Assembly: GCA_964531025.1 (NCBI GenBank)
Contig: CAZHDY010000002.1
Span: 167,661 to 231,660 of the forward strand
DNA: 64,000 nucleotides
From: an uncultured Bifidobacteriaceae bacterium
GTDB lineage: Bacteria > Actinomycetota > Thermoleophilia > Miltoncostaeales > Miltoncostaeaceae
Reading direction: 5' to 3'
Shown here: in pieces, positions 16,539 to 26,650 of the stretch
How the letters are laid out: every line of letters starts with the position of its first letter
How positions within the stretch are numbered: position 1 is the stretch's first letter
The notes under the pieces: model-generated
The model's database searches: none
Told to the model about the DNA's origin: nothing
The model's input: only the letters and a program-made list of their open reading frames with translations
Position numbers and translations under genes: made by a program

Positions 16539-17585
16539 CTATTCGTAGACCTCCTCCACATAGGCGGACAGTGCCCGCGCCGCCTCCTTGACCGTGGCGA
16601 TGGCCAGACGGTAGTCCATCCGGGTCGGGCCGATGAGCGAAACCGCACCCAGGTTGCGCCGGGTCGAGCCGTAGGTGGCCGCAACGAGCGACACACCCTC
16701 CAGGTCCGGCACCGTGACCTCATCGCCGATCCGCAGGAAGACGTCGCTCCCGCCGAGAGCTCCCCGCAACAGATGCAGAAGCGAATACCGCTCCTCCAGT
16801 GCACGCATGATGGATCCCATCTCGAGGAGGTCCTGCGAATGCAGGCGTTCCAGGAAGCGGGCCTGCCCTCCGATGTAGATCGTCCCGCCCTCGTCCTCGT
16901 CCGCCATCTCGGTCAGTGCGACCCCGATGGCCGAGATGAAGGCGCGCTCGCTGGGTGCCAGAGAGGGCTCGTCCAAACGGGCCGCGAGACCGCGCGCCCC
17001 CGGCGACAGGCCTCCCGCCTGCTCGTTCAGGAAGTCGGACGCCCAGTCGGCCAACTTGGGATCGACCGGACGATCGAACGCGAACATCCGCTTGGTCACC
17101 GATCCCGTCGACGTGATGACGACGACCATGACCAGCTGCGGCTGAAGGACGAGGACCTCGACGCGCCGGATGGTGGTCGACTGGGCCGGAGGGGCGCTGA
17201 CCACCCCGAGCATGTCGGTGATCTGCGCGATGGCGTCGGCGGTCCTCCGCATGGCCTGATCGAGCTCCCGGCGGATCTCGTCCAGCTCAAGAGCCTTCTG
17301 CACCGCGGTCGGCGCGGGTACGACCTCACCGCGCGGAACGAGGTGATCGACGTAGTACCGGTAGCCCGCATCGGTGGGAACCCGGCCGGCCGACGTGTGG
17401 GGATGCCCCAGAAGGCCGACCTGCTCCAGGCGCGCGAGCTCGGACCGGATCGTGGACGACGCGTAGTCCATGCCGTGCCGCCCGGCGATGTGCTTGCTGC
17501 CGACCGGCGTACTGGTGTCGACGTACTGCTCGATAACGATGCGGAGGATGGCCTCCTGCCGGGATGTCAGTTCGGTTTCGCGCAC
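16539..17585 (-). CDS. hrcA: heat-inducible transcriptional repressor HrcA
   Basis: N-terminal winged helix (LTSRQEAILRIVIEQYVDTSTPVGSKHIA...SSTIRSELARLEQVGLL) and an HrcA C-terminal domain. GTG start. Confidence 0.9.
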   Translation of the reverse strand: MRETELTSRQEAILRIVIEQYVDTSTPVGSKHIAGRHGMDYASSTIRSELARLEQVGLLGHPHTSAGRVPTDAGYRYYVDHLVPRGEVVPAPTAVQKALELDEIRRELDQAMRRTADAIAQITDMLGVVSAPPAQSTTIRRVEVLVLQPQLVMVVVITSTGSVTKRMFAFDRPVDPKLADWASDFLNEQAGGLSPGARGLAARLDEPSLAPSERAFISAIGVALTEMADEDEGGTIYIGGQARFLERLHSQDLLEMGSIMRALEERYSLLHLLRGALGGSDVFLRIGDEVTVPDLEGVSLVAATYGSTRRNLGAVSLIGPTRMDYRLAIATVKEAARALSAYVEEVYE

Positions 17586-17798
17586 GTGTCCATTTCATCA
17601 CAACCGGCGGCGGGCACACGCGCACCACATCCGATTGACGTACCACCGATGAGTTCGACGGTCCGCCCAGGTCTAGAATTCCGCCGCTTCGATGGACGGC
17701 CACATGGCCACGCATCGATGACCGGGATCTCAGACGACCTGAAGGACCGACATGGAACATCACCCCACGCAGCGCGCCACCCGAAAGGAGGACGCGAT

Positions 17799-18596
17799 AT
17801 GAGTGCCATCCAGGCACGAGGGCTCATCAAGACGTTCGCGGACCGCACCCAGACCGTGGAGGCCGTCCGAGGCGTCGACATCGACGTTGCCGACGGCGAG
17901 ATCTTCGCCTTCCTCGGACCGAACGGTGCCGGCAAGTCGACGACCGTACGGATGCTCACCACCCTCACCACCATCAGCGGGGGTTCGGCCACCGTCGGCG
18001 GACTCGACGTCGCAACCGACCCGGACGGCGTGCGACGCATCATCGGTGTGGCGCTACAGGAGGCGGGACTGGATCCTCGCCAGACGGCCCGCGAGCTGCT
18101 CGTATTGCAGGGACGTCTGTTCAACATGCCGAGAGCGACCGTCGAGGCGCGGACGGACGAACTTCTCCGGCTCGTGGAGCTGGACGACGTCGCCGATCGC
18201 CGGGTGAAGGGGTTCTCGGGTGGCATGAAGCGCCGTCTGGACCTGGCATGTGCGCTGGTCCACGAACCGAAGATCCTCTTTCTGGACGAGCCGACCACCG
18301 GACTGGACCCGGCGAGTCGCATCACCATCTGGGACGAGGTCCAGCGCATCCGCAAGCAGGGCATCACGGTGTTCCTCACCACCCAGTACCTGGAGGAGGC
18401 GGATCAGCTGTGCGACCGGCTCGCCATCATCAACGACGGCCTCATCGTGCGTGAAGGCACACCGGCATCGCTGAAGGCCGAGCTCAAGAGTCGCCTCAAC
18501 CTCAGCCAGGATCCGACGCTCGACGACGTGTTCCTCGACGTCACCGGCAAGACGCGGACCCGCTCAGCGGGCGAGGTCCGGGAGGTGACGGCATGA
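17799..18596 (+). CDS. ABC transporter ATP-binding protein (DrrA-like, ABC-2 subfamily)
   Basis: ATG 17799 preceded by aaaggagga. GPNGAGKST Walker A, FSGGMKRRL signature, ILFLDEPTTGLD Walker B. Confidence 0.9.
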   Translation: MSAIQARGLIKTFADRTQTVEAVRGVDIDVADGEIFAFLGPNGAGKSTTVRMLTTLTTISGGSATVGGLDVATDPDGVRRIIGVALQEAGLDPRQTARELLVLQGRLFNMPRATVEARTDELLRLVELDDVADRRVKGFSGGMKRRLDLACALVHEPKILFLDEPTTGLDPASRITIWDEVQRIRKQGITVFLTTQYLEEADQLCDRLAIINDGLIVREGTPASLKAELKSRLNLSQDPTLDDVFLDVTGKTRTRSAGEVREVTA

Positions 18597-19354
18597 GCGC
18601 CATGGTCGCACTCGCACAACGCTCGGTGCGGGAGGCGCTCCGGTCGCCGGACGCCCTTCTCCCGATGCTCTTCATCCCACTGTTCTTCCTCGTGGTGAAC
18701 GTGGGCCAGGCCGCACGAATCTTCCCGTCCGAATCCACCGAGTTCCTGCACGGGCAGAGCTACGGCGCGTTTCAGCTGCCGGCATCCATCCTCCTGGCCG
18801 CGTCGTTCGGGTCGGCGGCGCTCTATCTGGTGGAGGAGATCGAGGGCGGCTACTTCGACAAGCTGCGGGCCACACCGGCCGCGCGTACGAGCATCATCTT
18901 CGGACGTCTGCTGGCCGAGGCGCTCAAGACGGTGGTGCTGACGATCGTGATGGTGGTGATCGCCTGGATCTTCTTCGACATCACCGTTGCATCGGGTCCG
19001 GTCGGGTTCATCATCCTCCTCGTTCTGGCGGCCGGCTGGGCGGTCGCGTTCTCCGGCCTCATGCAGCTGATCGCACTCAAGACCCGCAGTGCCGCGGCCA
19101 CCAACGCGGGAAGCATGGTGTTCTTCCCGCTCCTCTTCCTCACCCCCAACTTCGTGCCCCGCGACCTGCTCACGCGGCCCATGGAGATCGCGGCCACGTT
19201 CAACCCGGTCACCTACCTCATGGAGGCGATGCGGTCGCTGATCCTCGTCGACCACCTGGAGTGGGCGACCCTGGGGAAGGGGTTCGCCGTCGTCGCCGGA
19301 GGACTGCTGCTCATGATCGCCATCAGCGTGCGCATGATCCGCCGCTACGACTGA
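18593..19354 (+). CDS. ABC-2 type transporter permease
   Basis: 253 aa with about six hydrophobic segments. ATGA overlap with the ATPase gene. Confidence 0.85.
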   Translation: MSAMVALAQRSVREALRSPDALLPMLFIPLFFLVVNVGQAARIFPSESTEFLHGQSYGAFQLPASILLAASFGSAALYLVEEIEGGYFDKLRATPAARTSIIFGRLLAEALKTVVLTIVMVVIAWIFFDITVASGPVGFIILLVLAAGWAVAFSGLMQLIALKTRSAAATNAGSMVFFPLLFLTPNFVPRDLLTRPMEIAATFNPVTYLMEAMRSLILVDHLEWATLGKGFAVVAGGLLLMIAISVRMIRRYD

Positions 19355-19366
19355 CGATCTGCACCC

Positions 19367-19392
19367 GGCTGCCCGGTGTGTCACGGGCAGCC
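19367..19392. terminator. bidirectional hairpin between the permease gene and hemW
   Basis: ggctgcccg (19367-19375) pairs with cgggcagcc (19384-19392). That is 9 bp with an 8-nt loop. Confidence 0.55.
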
Positions 19393-19402
19393 GAGCACCC
19401 TG

Positions 19403-20502
19403 TCACCGATCGAAGTTCATCAGGCGACCGAGGACCGAGTTCTGTAGAAAACGCCCCTCCCGCGTCAGCGCCAGGTGGTCGTCGTCCACCCAGCGGAGGA
19501 AGCCACCGTCGACGAGATCGGGAAGGGCCCCGGGATTGTCCGGCGGCCCCGCCCACGAGACGCTGATCTCGTCACTCTGACGCAACCCGAGCATCCAGCG
19601 CTCACGACGCCGTGTGTCGTCGTCCAGATGCTCGGTCGTGCGACGCGGTGTCCGACCCGAGGCCACGGCGGTCATGTAGCCGTCGAGATCCGGGGCGTTG
19701 CGCCAGCGCTCCCCACCCACGGTGGATACGGCACCGATGCCGACGCCCACGTAGTCGGCGGCACCCCAGTAGGCGCGGTTGTGCCGGCTCTCGTACCCGG
19801 GCTTCGCGAAGTTCGCGGTTTCGTACCAGAGGTAGCCCATCTCCTCCAGCGCCTCCACGACGCGGTGGTACGCATCCTCGGTGAAGTCCTCGTCCACGAC
19901 GGCGCCGTCACGGGCCAGTCCGCTCCCCGTCTTGACCTCGAGCTCGTACCACGAGATGTGCTCCGGCCCGATATCGCGCACCGCGTCGATGTCGGCCTCC
20001 AGGTCGTCTGCCGACTGCCCCGGCACGCCGAACAGGAGGTCCAGGCTGAGGTTCTCGAAGCCCGCGGCGCGGGCATCGGCCACAGCACCGCGCACGCGCT
20101 CGGCCGTCGCCCGCCGGTCCAGTGCGGCGAGGAGGTGGGGTTGGAATGACTGCGCACCCATCGAGAGGCGCGCGACACCCGCCGCACGGAACGCGCGCAG
20201 CAGATCTGCGTCGATGGTCTCGGGATTCGCCTCCATCGAGATCTCGACATCCGGAGCGAACCGCGGCGAGATCGCGTCGAGAAGACGCGCGATGCGCGGC
20301 GGCTCCATCAGGCTGGGCGTGCCACCACCGAGATACACGGTCGACAGCGGCCCCAGACGGTCCGCCTCGATCTCCACCTCGGCCAGAAGCGCGTCGACGT
20401 AACGATCCCGCCGGTCGAGCGCGCCGACCTCGACCACGAACGCGCAGTACCCGCACCGGTGCTCACAGAACGGCAGGTGTACGTAGAGGTGACGCGCTCC
20501 GG

Positions 20503-20506
<4 letters not shown>
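19403..20506 (-). CDS. hemW: radical SAM heme chaperone HemW (HemN-like, oxygen-independent coproporphyrinogen oxidase family)
   Basis: [18 protein letters not shown] cluster motif. 367 aa. GTGA overlap with the lepA stop. Synteny lepA-hemW-hrcA. Confidence 0.85.
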
Positions 20507-22320
<1,814 letters not shown>

Positions 22321-22326
22321 GGCCGC

Positions 22327-24024
22327 CTATCGTAGCTTGCGCTTGAGCTGCATCAGCATCGCGATCTCGCGCATGCCCAGCCCGCGACAGACCGCGAGGT
22401 AGGCGAGCGGCGCCATGACGCCGGCGGCGCCGACGCTGACGAGCTGCCCCGGAAGCGATCGGCCCAGTCCGCCGTCGAGGGCGTGCCAGATCCCGTACGC
22501 CCATGCCCCCAGAAACGCGGACGCCAGAAGCGCGCGAGCGAAGCCGTCGATGATGGAGCGGATGTCGATGCCGCCGATCTGCCTCCGGAGCAGGACGACG
22601 AGCAGGACGAACGTCACGAGGCTGGCGATGGAGGTGGCGAGCGGGATCCCGCCGGTTCCCAGCGGGACGATGAGGACGAAATCGAGCACGAGGTTGACGA
22701 CGACCGCCAGTGCCGCGATCTTCGTCGGGGTCCGCGGCTGCTGGAGGCTGAAGAACGCCCGGATCAGAAGGAGGCTGGCACCGTTGAACACCAGGCCGAA
22801 CGCAAAGTAGAAGAGCGACTCGGAGGTGATGGCGGTGGCGGCCGCGTCGAACTCACCGCGCTGGAAGACGAGCCGGGTCACCGGCGTGGCGAGCACGGCC
22901 AGGAAGACCGAGGACGGCACCAGCATGAAGAAGATCTGCCGTGTGCCGCTGGTGACCACCTCGCCCATCCCCTCGTGGTCGTTCCGGGCGGCCATGCGCG
23001 AGAGGGCCGGGAAGAGAACGGTCGAGACGGCCACGCTGAAGATGCCCTGCGGAAGGATGTAGAGACGGAACGCGGCGTCGATGGCACGGACCGACTCCTG
23101 GCTCACGAACTCCGACGCGACGAAGCTGTCGAGCACCGCGTTCACGTTGATCAGCCCGAGCCCGATGGTGACCGGGAGCATCATCACGAGGACGGTCCGG
23201 ACATATCGGTTGCCGAAGCCGAGCGACAGCGGGAAGGGCCCCTTGCCCCGCAGCCCCGGCAGAAGGTAGAGAAGCTGCACGAGGGTGCCGACGAGGATGC
23301 CGAACGCGTAGCCGTAGATGCGCTGGTCGCCCTCCAGGAAGGGGGTCATTCCGATCAGGCCGAGCAGGATCACGATGTTCCAGAGCACCGGCGCGAACGC
23401 GGATGACGAGAACTCGCCGTACGACTGCAGGATCCCCATGACGAGACCGGTCAGCCCCAGGAGCACCACGATCGGGAACATCACCTGGGTGAGGCCGACG
23501 AGGTTGTCCATCTGATCCTGGGGGAAGCTCCTCCAGAAGAACGGGATCACCCAGGGGGCGAGCACAATGGCCAGGAGCGTGATCCCGCCGAGCACCATCG
23601 TGATGAGCCCGATGAGCGCGCCCGTGAGCCGCCTGGCCTCTTCCTCACGCCCCTCCTCGCGCAGGCGGGCGAACATGGGCACGAACGCCGCCGACAATGC
23701 CGAGTCGGCGACGAGGCTTCGCAGCAGGTTCGGGATCTGGAAGGCGATGACGAACGCGTTGATCGCGCCGTTCACGCCGAAGAGGGCCGCGGCGATGATC
23801 TCGCGGGCGAGACCGGCCACACGACTGACCGCCGTCCACACCGCGAAGAGGGCCGTCGACCGGCCCGTGCTGGACGCCTTCTTCTCGTGGACTTCGGGGA
23901 TCTCTGAGGTGGCGTCGGCCGCGCCGTCGGTTCTCAGATCGTCCAGCGCAGCGCTCCTGACATGCGTGTTAGGATACGCGGCCGCTCGGACCGTCTGACC
24001 AGAAGGATGTCGCTTGGCGAACAT
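22327..24024 (-). CDS. murJ: lipid II flippase MurJ/MviN; start uncertain
   Basis: SRVAGLAREIIAAALFGVNGAINAFVIAFQIPNLLRSLVADSALSAAFVPMF plus about 14 TM segments. The track ORF starts at TTG 24075 and ATG 24024 is also in frame, but both overlap the divergent rpsT start. The only canonical start further in is GTG 23841. Confidence 0.8.
   Translation of the reverse strand: MFAKRHPSGQTVRAAAYPNTHVRSAALDDLRTDGAADATSEIPEVHEKKASSTGRSTALFAVWTAVSRVAGLAREIIAAALFGVNGAINAFVIAFQIPNLLRSLVADSALSAAFVPMFARLREEGREEEARRLTGALIGLITMVLGGITLLAIVLAPWVIPFFWRSFPQDQMDNLVGLTQVMFPIVVLLGLTGLVMGILQSYGEFSSSAFAPVLWNIVILLGLIGMTPFLEGDQRIYGYAFGILVGTLVQLLYLLPGLRGKGPFPLSLGFGNRYVRTVLVMMLPVTIGLGLINVNAVLDSFVASEFVSQESVRAIDAAFRLYILPQGIFSVAVSTVLFPALSRMAARNDHEGMGEVVTSGTRQIFFMLVPSSVFLAVLATPVTRLVFQRGEFDAAATAITSESLFYFAFGLVFNGASLLLIRAFFSLQQPRTPTKIAALAVVVNLVLDFVLIVPLGTGGIPLATSIASLVTFVLLVVLLRRQIGGIDIRSIIDGFARALLASAFLGAWAYGIWHALDGGLGRSLPGQLVSVGAAGVMAPLAYLAVCRGLGMREIAMLMQLKRKLR
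23970..23976. promoter_or_regulatory. back-to-back overlapping -10-like hexamers (plus TAGGAT for rpsT, minus TATCCT towards murJ)
   Basis: ttaggata spans 23969-23976. The plus-strand TAGGAT lies 38 nt before TTG 24014, with SD AGAAGGA at 24001-24007. The minus-strand TATCCT is followed after 7 nt by ATG 23963. Confidence 0.35.
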
Positions 24025-24268
24025 CAAGCAGCAGAAGAAGCGCATCAAGCGCGCCGCGAAGCAGCACGACACCAACGTGCGCTATCGCTCAACCATCAAG
24101 ACCATGCTGAAGAACCTCGAGGCCGCGGAGGGGGACGACAAGGTCGCCCAGGCCCGCGAGCTCGAGAAGCTCGTGGATCGTGCCGCGTCGCGCGGCGCCT
24201 TCCACGCCAATACGGCCGCCCGCCGGAAGAGCCGTATTCAGCGCATTCTCGCCGACACCGGCGAGTGA
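24014..24268 (+). CDS. rpsT: 30S ribosomal protein S20
   Basis: MANIKQQKKRIKRAAKQHDTNVRYRS... 84 aa. TTG start with AGAAGGA 6 nt upstream. Confidence 0.93.
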   Translation: MANIKQQKKRIKRAAKQHDTNVRYRSTIKTMLKNLEAAEGDDKVAQARELEKLVDRAASRGAFHANTAARRKSRIQRILADTGE

Positions 24269-24273
24269 TCCGC

Positions 24274-24336
24274 AGGGCCGCCGCGGCGGCCCTCACGTAT
24301 CGCGGCGCGTGACCCTCGGGTAACGCGCCGCTTTTT
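24274..24336 (+). terminator. rpsT terminator region: a GC hairpin followed by a canonical intrinsic terminator
   Basis: The first hairpin is agggccgcc/ggcggccct (24274-24293). The second is ggcgcgt (24304-24310) pairing with acgcgcc (24323-24329), followed by gcTTTTTc. Confidence 0.7.
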
Positions 24337-24470
24337 CGTGCCCGCATACGGCTCGTAGCGGGCCGGTCGGTAAAGGCTTGCCCAGCACGTGCCCGGGCCG
24401 GACAGATCGCCCAAGAACACGCGGTAGGCTCGCAAACGACCTGTTCTCCCACCCCCCGACAGGAGTCCGG

Positions 24471-25295
24471 ATGCGTCCATCAACTCGCACCGACGGGGAC
24501 CGGCCGCCACGCGGTCGCCGCCTCCCGATCCTTGCCGCAGCAGCGGTCGCGCTCGCCGTGCCCGCCACGAGCAACGCGGACTACTACAACCCGACAACGG
24601 GCGTCGAGCTCCCCTGGAGCGCCGTCATCCCGTCGCCGACACCGACCTTCGACCCGCCTCCGGTCTACTACACGCCGCTGAACCTGCTCCCGACCACACC
24701 GGGTACGGGGTCGACCAAGCCGACCAAACCGACGAAGCCCGCGGTGAAGATCGATCCGATCACCGGCTTCCGCCGATCACCGGTCGTCTTCAAGCAGGCC
24801 AACCGGCAGATGGCGAAGCTCTTCACCGCCCGGCTCGGAAAGGCCAAGTTCAAGTCGGCGCGTTTCATCAAGGAGGCCGACAAGGGGACCTTCCGGAAGG
24901 CCTACCTGCAACTGGTGAAGCCGATCGGATGGTCGGACAACGACTACTCGCACGCGCTGGCCTCATACACCGTCGCCAGCTGGCTCATCGCCAACAACCA
25001 GGGTGACCTGACGACCAAGCAGCGCATCGGGGCCCGCGACATCCAGAAGCGCATCCGAGCGACGATCGCCAAGAACCCGAAGATGAAGAAGTCGCGCCCC
25101 GCCAGTCGCCAGCTGGCGACCGACCGGCTCAACATCCTCACCACGATCCTGATCGTCCAGTGGGCGAACGCGACACCCGATCAGCGCGTCCAGCTGGCGG
25201 AATCCGTTCGCAAGGCCGGCCTCAAGACGTTCAAGGGTGACCTCACCCTCGTCGACATCGGCTACGACGGGTTCGAGCGGCGCGCCGACACCTAG
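24471..25295 (+). CDS. secreted hypothetical protein (signal peptide, TKP-repeat linker, Lys/Arg-rich helical C-terminal domain)
   Basis: Track ORF starts at 24378. I prefer ATG 24471 (aggag SD), giving MRPSTRTDGDRPPRGRRLPILAAAAVALAVPATSNA. Contains STKPTKPTKPAVK. The TAG stop (25293-25295) lies inside the terminal repeat of element A. Confidence 0.65.
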   Translation: MRPSTRTDGDRPPRGRRLPILAAAAVALAVPATSNADYYNPTTGVELPWSAVIPSPTPTFDPPPVYYTPLNLLPTTPGTGSTKPTKPTKPAVKIDPITGFRRSPVVFKQANRQMAKLFTARLGKAKFKSARFIKEADKGTFRKAYLQLVKPIGWSDNDYSHALASYTVASWLIANNQGDLTTKQRIGARDIQKRIRATIAKNPKMKKSRPASRQLATDRLNILTTILIVQWANATPDQRVQLAESVRKAGLKTFKGDLTLVDIGYDGFERRADT

Positions 25296-25461
25296 ATGAT
25301 TGATTCCACGATCTCGCGGCGTGGTGCGTGTCCCCGGCGGCGCGGATGCGCCACCGGACGACTCGAACAGGCGAACCAGCATGCCCTTCGGCGCCCGGCG
25401 GCACCCCGCATCCACCGGTGACGCGCCCCACATCCACGATCCCGTGGAATCAACCATCTAG
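25292..25461. repeat. about 170-bp inverted-repeat element (copy A of a MITE/REP-like family)
   Basis: Left terminal inverted repeat ctagatgattgattccacgatc (25292-25313). Right terminal repeat gatcccgtggaatcaaccatctag (25438-25461). Internal core ccccggcggcgcggatgcgc is identical to copy B, with the mirrored core gcaccccgcatcc nearby. Confidence 0.7.
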
Positions 25462-25477
25462 GCTCCCCGCATTCGCG

Positions 25478-25512
25478 GAGTCGCGTCCGCATCACCGACG
25501 CGGATGCGACTC
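25478..25512. terminator. 13-bp hairpin between convergent genes (hypothetical gene and holA)
   Basis: gagtcgc-g-tccgc, a 9-nt loop, then gcgga-t-gcgactc. That is 12 Watson-Crick pairs plus one G-T. It carries the same gcggatgcg / cgcatccgc-like core as the repeat family. Confidence 0.5.
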
Positions 25513-25541
25513 CCCGCCACACCGAACCACCGGAGCGGTGA

Positions 25542-26558
25542 TCAGCCGCGGACGGCGGCCAGGAGATCGCGCGCGGCGCGCTCAAGGACGAATCGCCGTC
25601 CGTCATCCGGTGATCGGCCCAGGTTCGTGAGCGCCCCCACCCGCAGATCGAGTTCGAGTGCCGCGAGCCGCGCCACGCACCGATCGGCGGCACCGTCCGG
25701 GAGTGCTCGGGCCTGCTCCACCACCTTCTGAGCAGGGTAGCCACGCAGTCCGGTGACCCGGCCGACGTCGTCCGGTGAGGCACCTGGCCCGAGTGCCTGG
25801 GCGGCAGCGACACCACGGAAGTGACGTGCGAGCGACATCTGGATGACGATGGGTTCGCTGGGGTGGTCACCCGTGGCGAGCTCGCTCAGCAGTTCGAACA
25901 CCCGCGCGCGGTTTCCCGCCGTCATGGCATCGGCCAGTTCGTACGACTTGGCCTCGGGGTGCGGGATGACGAGAAGGTCGACCAGCTCGGAGTCGATGCC
26001 GTCGGGTCCGGCGGCCATCGCGAGCTTCGTGGCCTCCTGGCTGAGCGCCATGGCATCCTCGCCGACGCGTTCGACGATGGTCCGCGCCAGGGCCTGGGGC
26101 AGCCGCTGCCCCGCACGTTCACACTCGGCCACCACGTGCTGGACGAACCACTTCGTCTTGTCCTTGCGGCTCGCCTTGGCCGGTGGCCCGTACTCCAGGA
26201 CGTCGCCGTGGTTCCCGATGGCCGCCACGAGCTTCGGCGTGGGCGCACCGGCGGAGATGAGTGCCAGGCAGGTGTCGGCGCTGGGAGACGCGAGGTAGTC
26301 GACGAGCGGCGCGGCGTCGCCGGCCTTCCAGGCATCGGTGTTGCGGACGACGACGAGACGACGTCCGGCGAACGAGAGCGTCTGGCAGACGCCGACCACG
26401 TCGGTGGCGAGATCGTTGGTCGCGTCGAACTCATCGGGAGGCAGGCCTCCCTCCGCGACGACGCGCTGGATGAGTCGCGCCGTGGCCCGTTCGACCTTGC
26501 CGCGGTCCTCACCCCAGATCCCGTAGACGGGCTTCAGCGGCGGGCGCTCCGCGCTCAT
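25542..26558 (-). CDS. holA: DNA polymerase III subunit delta
   Basis: 338 aa with a HolA-like N-terminus (PVYGIWGEDRGKVERA...). Synteny comEC ... holA ... rpsT. Confidence 0.8.
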   Translation of the reverse strand: MSAERPPLKPVYGIWGEDRGKVERATARLIQRVVAEGGLPPDEFDATNDLATDVVGVCQTLSFAGRRLVVVRNTDAWKAGDAAPLVDYLASPSADTCLALISAGAPTPKLVAAIGNHGDVLEYGPPAKASRKDKTKWFVQHVVAECERAGQRLPQALARTIVERVGEDAMALSQEATKLAMAAGPDGIDSELVDLLVIPHPEAKSYELADAMTAGNRARVFELLSELATGDHPSEPIVIQMSLARHFRGVAAAQALGPGASPDDVGRVTGLRGYPAQKVVEQARALPDGAADRCVARLAALELDLRVGALTNLGRSPDDGRRFVLERAARDLLAAVRG

Positions 26559-26650
26559 CGCGCACCGTCCGTGACAGTCAGATCGACCACGGTCGTGAGA
26601 CTAGAGCATTCGGTCCACTGTCCTGGGGTCAACCTCCCCGGACATCACAC

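Noticed and set aside
17586-17798. Expected CIRCE (TTAGCACTC-N9-GAGTGCTAA) or HAIR operator upstream of hrcA, and likewise upstream of dnaJ at 14835-15146.
   Set aside because: I could not find either inverted repeat on either strand. Absence by eye is not proof, and a degenerate CIRCE could be missed.
24441-24470. C-rich hairpin loop (cctgt-tctcccaccccccg-acagg) reminiscent of actinobacterial 6C RNA.
   Set aside because: There is only one C-rich loop where 6C has two. It overlaps the SD and start region of the downstream gene, so a leader structure is the simpler reading.
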